A DNA stretch of 63,431 bases, the filler included, from Rhabdomonas costata (lineage: Eukaryota), in assembly GCA_019059605.1 (NCBI GenBank). It is 37 parts of 37 records of this genome, joined end to end, with 100 filler letters (N's around TTAATTAATTAA, not from the genome) between each part and the next. Parts side by side here need not be neighbours in the genome. Positions count along the whole stretch, not along the records: positions 53,232 to 54,848 come from JAHMHO010011920.1; positions 54,949 to 56,565 come from JAHMHO010011921.1; positions 56,666 to 58,282 come from JAHMHO010011922.1; positions 58,383 to 59,998 come from JAHMHO010011923.1; positions 60,099 to 61,715 come from JAHMHO010011924.1; positions 61,816 to 63,431 come from JAHMHO010011925.1; 31 more parts are not named here. One strand, 5' to 3'. A model generated the notes under the pieces. The model did no database searches. It was given only the letters and a program-made list of their open reading frames with translations, and had not been told where the DNA came from. The position numbers were made by a program, and so were the translations under genes. Every line of letters starts with the position of its first letter. Position 1 is the stretch's first letter. Shown piece by piece: positions 53,507-63,431 of the stretch.

Positions 53507-54750
53507 CTATGGAGCATCCACAACAGCACTGGAGCCCTCACCTACTTCAGCGCGGGCTCCTTGCCCCCCAGCGGCACCAGCTTCGCCCTGCAGATTACCG
53601 CCAAGTGCCTGGGGGTGTGTTGTTGTGCTCCTGCAAAGACATGCCCTTGCCTATTTTGTTTTGCTTCTGCTTCTGCCTCGGTTATTGTTTGGCCTTCATT
53701 TTGAGCCCTCCAGCAAGGAGCACCTTTTTGGCGTTTTTCTTTTCATTGCACAAAAGGCAAATTCAAAAAGTCGACAAGCATGAAGCTGGAAAATTTTTTC
53801 TTCACTTCAAAGACGCTTCTGCTCATTTGTTTTTCACTCCACTGTCTTCGATTTTTTACCCGTTCGGTGGTTCGGACTCCATTGGGTCTCTCATTTGGTG
53901 CAACCAAGTGAGGTCAGGCGACAATCGAAATTCCACCGCCTCCAGCGCATATGCCCTCCTGCCATTTCTCAGCAAGTGGTGACGCTGGACTTCCAGTTTC
54001 GGCTGAAGCCTCCGAACGGCCTTTGCCGCGGAACGACCTATCTCTGCCTGACCGACGCGGACTGCACTGTCTCTGTCTCTGGCTCCTGCCTGCCTGCTTC
54101 CACCCCAGCGTTCGCCTTGCCGTTCGCTGTGAGGTGAGCGCACTCAGATTTTCGGGGGGGGATCCCTTCCTTACTTTGAAACTCTTCCGAAAACTTAAAT
54201 TACAACGCTTCATCCACATAGAATTGCCATTCGGTTGCAGCTGTGAGTTTGAGGTTTCCACATTGCTTTTTACTTTTCTCAGCAAAAAAGACAGTTTTTC
54301 TGAACGTAACGTCTGTTTCCCTTGCCCAAGGTGGAATCTCTCCAAAGGGACGGCTCTCCAAAGGGACGGAGTGGGCCAGCTCGACAGATTGTAGTTTTAA
54401 GAGATTCTGAGAACCCTCGTGTTGCCATGCCCGAGGGTTGCTTGGCGTTCGCTCCTTGCCTTTGGGTTAGTGAACCACGGGAAAGGTCTGAAAGGCTGCT
54501 GGGATAAATAAGTGCAATGTATGCCGGTTCAAGGGCGCGTCTGTAAAACATGTGCGGAGTTCCCTTTCTCAACTTTTAGCTGCTATTGAGAGGTTATATG
54601 TTGGAGGGGTGTCACCTTCACCTCAGCTCTCGAGTGGTCTTTCTGGAAGGCAGCCAGGACAGCTTTCCCGTGGTACTGGTCGCCCCATCCCCGCTGGGTT
54701 CCGAGCTGACCCCCACAGGCGCGGCCTGGTTCCTGCCCTCGTGGCTCAAA
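53507..54750 (+). CDS. Probable exons of an extracellular beta-rich (cadherin-like) protein
   Basis: LWSIHNSTGALTYFSAGSLPPSGTSFALQITAKCLG (53507 to about 53614) lies between CAG and GTGTGT. Further splice-flanked open segments occur at about 53972 and 54580. Confidence 0.3.
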
Positions 54751-57700
54751 GTATGGTCCTTCCCCTTTCGAGGAGACCGGGGGGGGGGGCGACAGAAGAG
54801 AAGAGCGCGGTTTGAAGGTTATGATGGAATTGAAGGCTAACCAGCTAANNNNNNNNNNNNNNNNNNNNNNNNNNNNNNNNNNNNNNNNNNNNTTAATTAA
54901 TTAANNNNNNNNNNNNNNNNNNNNNNNNNNNNNNNNNNNNNNNNNNNNGGTGTTTGGTAAGAAATCCTCAATTCTGATGCGAAGATATTTTGTTGAGAGA
55001 GACGTAGCAGGATACATGATACATGGGACATAATGCAGATTTTTGGAACGGGACAATATTCCTGCAGCGTACGTCAGCATACAACTGATGCACAGACGAC
55101 AATTTAAGGGGGGGGGGGCGAGAGCGTCAAACGTATAAGGCGATGGGCAGTGCAGCAATAATCAGCTAAAAAGCCACACCACCACCACTACCCTACCCCT
55201 CATTTGGCGAGCTGAAAAAATCGGCCTAATGGAAGTTGTATTAGTTTAGGGGCGAAGGACAGTCCGCGACGCGGCGGGAGCGGGCGGCTGGACCCGGAGA
55301 GGCCTACGACTTTTTTAAAATATGCCTCCTAAGAAATCCACACCTAGAACCAGTTTCACCCGTGGAAAAACTCCTGCAAACCCAAAATCTGCCCGCATTT
55401 TCCATTTCTATTTATATTTTGCATTTTTGCAATCTTTCTGTGTGGTGTTTTGCAGGGTCCAAAAGCAAACCGTTCGGGATGCTCCTCTGAAAAAGAATGC
55501 GCGGCAGCCTGTTGAGGTTTTCTTTCCTTTTGTTTTGTTTGCCCTTTGCCATCATTAAATATTGTTCACTCCATACCAGTCCGACCGATGCTTTGCCCTC
55601 GGACATTTTTATGGAGGGGAGGGGGGAATGATTCACACTAATTTTAGGGTATCGTGAACGGAAGGAAGGGCGTCGATTTGGCTTAGAGAGGACATTAATT
55701 TCACCATGTGTAGGTTGGCCTTGCATCAGCCGGAGCGTAGCGACATCACTTCGGGGCCCCTCGCCCCCTTCTACATCACCCTAATTCATTGGCAGCTACA
55801 TTTGGGTTTCAGGCTGACTGCGTGAGGCCCATCAGGTTAGCGACGCATGTCGAGGTGGACTGCCGAGGCATGCGAGCGCAGGAGTTACATCTGGGCTATA
55901 TTTGCATCCAAGGGGCTATCTCGGCACCTACGGTAGGATAGCAGCTGGGTTCTCAATCCCTCAAACCCTCGGTCTTGCGTTGGAGGGTTGGTGAGCGGCC
56001 GCTGCCCCTCATCCCATAACGCTAATACATTGAGTCGTCATCTTGGGGTTGATTGGTGGGAGGGGTTGACTGCAGCTGTGACGTCACAGTAGCCATTCTC
56101 TCGACAGCCAATATCACCACACATCCGCATCCCTCTCACCTCTCAATCTGGGTGGTGGGTTCTTGCCTCCGTTGTGGGCACTCAGAAACAGTGGCATGCC
56201 AGCTGGTGGGAGGAAAGCAGCATTGGATCTGCAGGATAGCATCACTCACTTCAATCACTGCATCCTGAGCCCTCTTGCTGTGGTGGTTGTGTGGCATCTT
56301 GCCTCGTGGCTCAGCATCACCAGCGTCACTTACCCCTCACTCACCATCATCAGTGGTAGGCAGTGCGTCATCCGGCCTCTGTCACCTCTCCCTCCCTGAA
56401 GCATGGTTCGGTCAGCACGCTTGCTGGGATGCAGTCTTACTCCTGGTGCTTAGCCCGATCATATGTGCAATGCGTGCATGAGTGCGCGGCCACAGCCGGC
56501 GGCTGAGGGACACATCGCGGTGGGCACTTTTATGAAGATTATAATCTATTTAATACCCCCCACCCNNNNNNNNNNNNNNNNNNNNNNNNNNNNNNNNNNN
56601 NNNNNNNNNTTAATTAATTAANNNNNNNNNNNNNNNNNNNNNNNNNNNNNNNNNNNNNNNNNNNNGTTTTGTGGTGATATGGACTGCGCCGCTTTGCAAA
56701 AACTTAGTGGTGTTGGAAGAGTGGATCTGCAGTTCTTTAAAATTGAGGCGACACCTGGGTTTGCTTGAGGCGTCCAATAATTAACACTATTGATGGGCAT
56801 CTCCCCCCTCAGTACACCCGCCCCAGAACAACCCTTGCACACTCTTGCAAAGCTCTCCAGGAGGTTGTCCAAAAAGGGCGAGATTCGTGCACAGGGGGAG
56901 TGGGGCTTGCAATGGCAGTAAATGCCGGTGAGCCAAGCAAATAAGCAAAAGGTGCCAGCGCGTGCCAGCAGGAGTTCACGCTTTATGTTTTTTGGGGTCA
57001 TGTTCAAGTGGCGAGAAAGGTGCTTTTATGACTGTCCGATTTGATCGCCATCCAACGGCAAACACTTCCTTACACCAGGCCTGTATCGGGACCTCCACTG
57101 CATCGCTTGTGTGGTCTTTTCCGCAGGCACATTTATAACAACATTCCAGGCATGCCCTTTGATGGTAACCATTGGACGGATGATGGGAAGCGCACTCAAC
57201 AGCCCCACGTCCCAACGCTGGCAATGCAGCAAGGGTAGCACCCTTTCAGGACGGCCGTATCATTCTCTGTCCGGCAAATGCCAAGTGCAGATAACACAAG
57301 GAGCACGAAGGACAGCAGCATGAATGAAAGACAAGGAAAAGGCACGGAAAAAATGGAATAAAACACCCCAACACTGCAAAAGCATTCCAGCGAGAACGCC
57401 CCCTTTCCCCCTCCTTTCTGTGACTACAGAACCTACCACAACCAGCCGCGATTCGGTGGGGGGCAGAGAGCAGCACAGAGGGATGGGAGGCACCCACGGA
57501 TTGCGGCAAGCTTCCTCCACTCGCAGACATGGATCAACGGACAAGACATCGGGCCATACAAAACGCGCCCTTACGAAAAAACGCAGAGCACCACAAGGCA
57601 CCAGAGGCGACCAAGCTCGAACCCGCCCATCCCCCACATTCTCATGCCCTCCAAAATGAAGGAGGAGAATTGAATCTCAGTGCAACGCAGCACGTGCGAT

Positions 57701-58862
57701 GCAAAGAAACAGAGGGAAAGCGAAGCATATCCCTTACGCGACTACGCCGAGAGCACGTCTCAACGGGCAACAGGGGCGGGGGGGGGGGCTGCAACAATGC
57801 GATGAGTGGCCAACCAGCGGCCAACTATTTACGCCCTGCACTGCACTCTGGTGCGCAATCACCTACCAACGCGCGTGCGCACGCTCACATTTTACTCAGG
57901 ACGGGTTCACACAGCCCCAAGAGAAAGGAAAATGAACCACACCTCTCAAGGACTACCCTCATTAACGAGTAGGGATAAGAACTTCCCCAGCCGTGTCGGT
58001 ATCCGCTATGGAGATTGACAGTGATACCGGCGATAGCGCCTCTTTCTCACATCCTCGCACTGCACTGCAGGGGAATGGTAACTCACGGGACACAAACACA
58101 CCCACCCACCCACAAAAAAGACATGAACAATCTTGCACAACCACGTGGTGATGCCAAAAAGATCCAATGAGTAGGCTCGCAGACAAAAAATCCAAGGCCG
58201 TCACGCAAAAGCACACGTACCCACGCACGCACCTACCCACTTTCCTTCATTGATTTATTGCCCGCATCCCAACAACCACACANNNNNNNNNNNNNNNNNN
58301 NNNNNNNNNNNNNNNNNNNNNNNNNNTTAATTAATTAANNNNNNNNNNNNNNNNNNNNNNNNNNNNNNNNNNNNNNNNNNNNGGTTGGTGTTTTAGAGAC
58401 ATCTATTCGCGTCTAAACACGGTCAGTCAGGTTTGCTCACGTTTCATCACGTTAAAAAAGAATAAGTCCAAAAGCTTTCGCTGGTGCAAAGGCGCCATGG
58501 AGACTGACCTGCCAGTTTGATAATTGAACTTATTCTTTTTTAACGTGATGAAACGTGAGCAAACCTGACTGACCGTGTTTAGACGCGAATAGATGTCTCT
58601 AAAGCTCCAACCCTCCTATTCCCGCAAGCGGCAAGTGCAGCGTTAGTTCCGTCGTCAGCAAAACAACACAAAACTTTAGTGGGGAAACGAGGAAAAGGAC
58701 AAGGTGCACAGACCCGCCCGTCGGGAAGAACACAGGTCATGTTCACTCTGCTGAGGAACCGAATCTCGGGTGGTTGTTTTGGGTACTTGTCGTTGCAAAA
58801 GAGCCTGAGCTGGTAAATGCGACCCTCGAAGGCAGTATGAAAGAGAAAAAGTGCAACCTCAC

Positions 58863-59701
58863 CTCACATTCAAAGGTGTTCTGAAACACCGAGAGGGTAT
58901 TTTTTGAAAACTTTTGTTGCTGGAGCCAAAAGAGCAAAAGAAAAAAGCTCAAGCACACACCCCAACAGGTCCGATGATTGAGCCAGTCCAAGTCGACATC
59001 ATGATGTCCTCATAGGTCTCAAGTCCAATGCTGACATCTGCTCGCCCTTCCTTTTCGGCTTTCTCGAGCTCATCCTGTTCAAAGGGATGAGAATGAGAAA
59101 TTCCAAGAGAGCAGCGTCGCCCAGTTCTTTCGATGTGTTGTGTTTGGGTGACTGGGAATTCTGCAATACCATGCAACTTACAACCGTGCTTCTTTATGCT
59201 CCGATTGCAAAGCCTCGGCCCATACCTCCTCTGCGTCCCGCGAGTCGAACTACAACAGCGAAGCGCTGGAATCAGAATTTTCCAAAGGGGCAATTTGTAT
59301 ATAACCCCCCCTCTAGCCCCTGCAAGACATCATCCTCAGACATATGTCGCCATCTAACCCCCTGGACGATTCTTAAGCCCTCGATTACGATCAATACCTT
59401 TTTAGTTGGTGGGAAATCATCTTTTTTTCTCACAGTAACAAGGAGGTGTGGAGGCAGCAGTGTCCTGGAAGTTTAACAGATGCCGAACGCCTATGAACAT
59501 ACTGATTGACCCCAGAAAAATATCAGCTACAAAATTTCAAAACATCTCCATTTAGAAACTCAGCGAACATCCATTTTTGTCAAAATGCACCTCCTTCGAC
59601 CCAGATGAGCCTCAATAGCTGTAACAAAAAACGGTTATTAAACCAAAAAACAAATTGCATACAAGCAGTCTGAAATTTCGAGGCACTTCAACCTTCGCCA
59701 T
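58863..59701 (-). CDS. UBE2V: Ubiquitin-conjugating enzyme variant (UEV1/MMS2), exons 59701-59663, 59074-58961 and a micro-exon at 58880-58863
   Basis: MAKVEVPRNFRLL|DELEKAEKEGRADVSIGLETYEDIMMSTWTGSIIGPVG|NTFE is the UEV signature. Phase-0 GT-AG introns. Confidence 0.92.
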
Positions 59702-62380
59702 TCGCCAAAAAGACGCGTTGTACTTAAAGTCCTAAACTTTGAAAATGGTGGGGCAAACCGCAGCGGCGAAATTGCAGAAGATTATGACCCAGCCCATTGT
59801 ATGCATAAATTTTTATTTCCATAACAAAATTTTTCGTATTGGAAAACACTGCGGCACCTACAATCATCAAAGGGTTAAGATTGGGTTCAGTTCGGTAAAA
59901 GCATTCACTTTTCGAGGTGCAGTTGCAATAGAATTCCAACAATACTTAGCAGTGAAGAAGTGTAGTGGCTCAATACTTTCCACTGGTGACCACCCCCCNN
60001 NNNNNNNNNNNNNNNNNNNNNNNNNNNNNNNNNNNNNNNNNNTTAATTAATTAANNNNNNNNNNNNNNNNNNNNNNNNNNNNNNNNNNNNNNNNNNNNGT
60101 TGTTTTTGTGACCCGCAGCCCTGCCGACCTCATAAGTAGCAGCCAGCAAGCCGGGGTCCAGGCCCTTCATGCGCGGGGTGAAAGAAGAAAAGCAGAGAGC
60201 AGTAAAGCAGTGATCCGAAAGATAGATTGAAAGAAAAGGTATGCAACTTGCGAGATCCCCGTTATCCTGTGTGAAGCGGGGAACCGGTTCACCATACAAC
60301 AGGGCAGGAATCTCCGCCTCCCCCGCGCGTCCCAGCAACATGCAACGCTTCCATGCTCAAACAACGGGGAAAACAATTTGAAAGCATTTCCGGGCACCTT
60401 GAGCGATTACTGACTGATTATGAGCGGCCTCCAGAATTCCCGCGCTGATTATCCCCGCCCCCTCTCCTCAAGTGTCAGGATGACACTCCACACCGATTTT
60501 TCGCCCCTCGTAGGATTCTCTCGCCCTGGCTGGGGCTCCCCGACGACGTCCTGGTTCGGCTCACTCCTGTGAGGCCACACAGCGGCAAGCCCCCCCCTCA
60601 CGACACGAAGCGCTGCGTTGTGGTGGCACTCAGCCAGTCTCGGCTGGGCTCCACAGACTTTTCCCAGAACCAGGCCCGGCTTCTGCAGCTGCGGTCAGCC
60701 CTGGACCAGGCTGGAACCCCGTGAACCTTCTTTTGTGGAAGGGGGGGAGGTGCCCCCCGGCTGTTTTAGTGACAGTTGCGACCCCGTGTTGTACGTCGAG
60801 TAAGGGTAGTGTTGAACTCACTGGTGCTATAAGGCGGACTTCTAAATGGGTTACGCTGGGTGGCATGTCGCCGCACTCACTCCTTCTCGTGTCCGTGCTG
60901 CTTCTCGGCTGCACCGTCGGATACCCTTATTAGGGCCTTGGGGCCCTTTAATCTCTACCATAGCAATGATGCCACACTCAGCTCCCCCCCCCCCCGCTCA
61001 CTCGGAAATTCGCAGATCAGTTCGTAGTGCACCATTGTGGAGACTGTGCTGAACTCTCAACAGCACTCGCACTCAAGGGGAAAAAGTATACGGTGCATGG
61101 ACTCATTGACTCGTGGAATCAATTGGTGGGTGGGTAGGTAAGTAGGGAGGTCGGCAGGTGGATGCGGCGGGATTTCGCTGTACTGCCGCCCACCTCATCT
61201 CCCATGGGTCCCCACTGATCTCGCTTATTTTCTCTAGTACTGGGCCCGGGGCGTAAGCAGAATGGCGGGCTGCTGCTGCATATATAGCGGTGGAATTTTT
61301 TTGTTTGGCGAACTCAAAAGCAGGATTGTTCCCAATCTAATGCACACCTGACGTCAATAGAAAACACCTGCGGACCCAAATTCAGACCAAAAATGGTAAA
61401 ACGTGGCTTTGAAAAGCGACTCAAATCAAAATACGGGCGCAGTGCAGGTGCCTTGGGAGCTTGTGTGGTAATGCTTTTGGGGTATACTTTTTATAACACC
61501 TCAATTCCTCAAGCCCTAAAGCGTATTCCTCACCTAAAGCTGCTTTTTGGACAAAAAGACCTATATAAGAGCGTCATAAGTTCGCCAGCTTGAGTTTTCC
61601 TGAAGTATCTACCTCAACCCCCAAGAGGCCGTGGGCTCCATCGAAGGGACTCTGGATACACTTGGTTTCTCTTGTGCAGTGTTTTGTGCGACTCCTTTCC
61701 TCCAACCCCCCACCCNNNNNNNNNNNNNNNNNNNNNNNNNNNNNNNNNNNNNNNNNNNNTTAATTAATTAANNNNNNNNNNNNNNNNNNNNNNNNNNNNN
61801 NNNNNNNNNNNNNNNTGTTGTGGGTCTTCCCGTTTGCGCACCTCCTGCCTCACCGTCGCCCCTCCCCCTTCTTGGCTTGGCCTCTTCTTTTTCTTCTTGG
61901 GGGTTAATTGCGGTGGTTTGAGATGTGCTGTGCCGGGGGTGTTCTGCGATTGCGGTGTGCAGGGGGGAGACTACTGTTGACGTTTCGGTTTGCTATTCGC
62001 CCGAAGCGTGTGATACGAGTGAAAGTACCTTGGTTCTTTTTTATAATAAAAAGTCAGAAAAGTCGGAAATTACTCACGAAATACGCACAGTTTCAGCAAA
62101 ATGCCGGCCTCCTGAATTAGCTCGCAACCGAACATGCGGAGCTCCTCCTCGGTGCTAATATCGACACCATCTATTCCCGATGGTGTTTTTTCAAGCTCTT
62201 CAGGTGGTAGGATAAAATTGAACAATTCATCAATTGGGGTGTTTGCCATTTCTCGCCTGTAGCAGTACCCTACACCAAAATGAGGACTTGCGCCAAGAGG
62301 TGAGAGGAGGAAGGAGGAGTCATTTAAAAAATCTTTTTTAATTTTTCTACTATTTTTTTGCTACTATTATTTAATTTCAG

Positions 62381-62454
62381 GTTGACTGCTGTGTCGCAGC
62401 GCTTCATGGAGCTCGAATCGAAGTACGGCTGCCACAACTATCATCCCCTTCCAG
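62381..62454 (+). CDS. OAT: Ornithine aminotransferase, single N-terminal exon
   Basis: FMELESKYGCHNYHPLP is the OAT signature (YGAHNYHPLPV). TTTCAG acceptor and GTACTT donor. Confidence 0.85.
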
Positions 62455-62720
62455 GTACTTAAGACCTTTGGAGATTTTTCTACGAAGAAACTCGTGAATT
62501 TACATTGTCAAGGAAAGTTTTTGCAGGCGAAAGACTTTTCTTTGTTGGGGAGCGTATTTGTGTGCATATCCGTTGTCGTTGTGCCCTCCGGCTGTCGCTT
62601 CTTCGCGGGTGGTGAAAAAATGTTGGACCAACGAAATGGAAAACGACGGGAAGAACTGGAATGAGGCAGCTGTTTATGGCATTCAAACCTGGTACTGTGG
62701 TGTGGGATTTTGTGGCAAAG

Positions 62721-62877
62721 GTACGCGCTGATAGTCGAGGACGGGACGATTGTGAAGCACCTGGTGGAGCCCTCTTTTTCGGAGACCTCTCTGGAGACCA
62801 CCACGGCAGAGCAAGTCCTGGCTCTGCTGGACCCCTCCGGAACTTTGCCCGTGTTTGCCACCCTGTTCAGCCGAAAG
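62721..62877 (+). CDS. Prx5/type-II peroxiredoxin C-terminus plus linker and first Grx strand of a hybrid Prx-Grx
   Basis: RYALIVEDGTIVKHLVEP...TTTAEQVLALLDP...ATLFSRK. GCAAAG acceptor and GTGTTG donor. Confidence 0.8.
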
Positions 62878-63211
62878 GTGTTGCCTATGAAATTGAGTAA
62901 GAGCACTGAAGATGGCTACTTTGGAATTGCGAGGGAACATTGTCGGAGAAAAAATGCTGAAGTCGTGCCGCAGTCAGTGGCGATTCCAGAGAATATCAAT
63001 CAAAATGTTGATCTGCACAAGGTATCACCCACAGTTCGAAAACATGTCAAAAAAATTGCAACGCTGAGAATGGTGCAGGATTGTCAGTATAGTAGGAGTA
63101 GGGGTAGTGGTGAAATATGGGCACCGTGTTCGAACAGTCTTGCTGGTGTCAGCGTCTGGATTGTTTGTAAGATAGGCCCGAGCATCTACGATATTTCGAG
63201 CGGTTCGACAC

Positions 63212-63391
63212 GGATAGCAGCTCCCGCAGCCCCCCGACACTCTGCCCGCCCACAAACACCGCTGGAGTGGCAGCTCCTGCGGTCATGCCTAGAAGACTCT
63301 CTCGAGGGACATCCTTGCCAACGATGTGCTCTGTGACCTGAATGCCGTGGCACCGCAGCAGCTGCAACGCCCTAGCGCAGTCCGGACATCC
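63212..63391 (-). CDS. Glutaredoxin domain exon of the hybrid Prx-Grx (opposite strand)
   Basis: GCPDCARALQLLRCHGIQVTEHIVGKDVPRESLLGMTAGAATPAVFVGGQSVGGLRELLS. 60 codons between a TGTAG acceptor and a GTGTCG donor. Confidence 0.85.
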
Positions 63392-63431
63392 CTACACAGG
63401 CAAAAACGGAAGTACAAACCCAGAGATGTCT

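Noticed and set aside
55800..56450. Possible third CRE relic on the - strand (LQRKTEGL-GIENP near 55941-55985)
   Set aside because: Only one short motif, and it needs a frameshift. Too degenerate to support.
20809..57240. Several splice-flanked open segments (about 20830-22000, 24614-24721, 26839-27026, 29626-29773, 34060-34237, 41700-41890, 42590-42770, 50300-51160, 52510-52790, 57080-57216)
   Set aside because: Probably exons of unknown genes, but I recognise no family and cannot fix the frame, so they are not reported as features.
11703..58611. Long inverted repeats as a MITE family or as euglenid non-conventional intron stems
   Set aside because: They share no sequence, always end at a contig terminus and merge into primer-like tails. 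Fold-back amplification explains them better.
60560..60900. Possible LTR integrase C-terminal relic on the - strand (YNT..., HKRRFTGFQPG)
   Set aside because: Motif spacing is wrong and there is no further support.
62710..63336. 208-aa ORF as a single protein
   Set aside because: Only 62721-62877 is Prx-like. The rest is intron read-through and antisense of the Grx exon.

Overview
This window is not contiguous DNA. It is 37 unrelated contigs of about 1.6 kb, joined by 36 artificial 100-nt spacers (N44-TTAATTAATTAA-N44). Many contig ends carry G/T-only (or A/C-only) tails and fold-back duplications, which points to whole-genome amplification (WGA) with degenerate K primers. The source is an intron-rich eukaryote using the standard genetic code. 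Splice donors with a pyrimidine at +4, a TTAGGG array, CRE-clade retrotransposons and acceptor sites just upstream of start codons suggest a euglenozoan, probably a euglenid (inference). Recognisable spliced gene fragments: GH2 beta-galactosidase, topoisomerase II, beta-carbonic anhydrase, a membrane histidine kinase, ankyrin, EF-hand, an Ariadne-like RBR ligase, a GAF domain, COQ2, an RRM, a DUF1664-like protein, mitochondrial EF-G, UEV/MMS2, ornithine aminotransferase and a bacterial-type peroxiredoxin-glutaredoxin hybrid. The most striking observation is that two consecutive, phase-compatible exons of the Prx-Grx gene lie on opposite strands, next to an exon of an unrelated gene. This is either exon scrambling or, more likely, a WGA chimera. 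Other leads are a palindromic dispersed element, an ankyrin gene with four single-base duplications, strand-skewed T-poor relic sequences and an intronless RNF213-like ORF. All protein calls are from motif recognition by eye; no searches were run.
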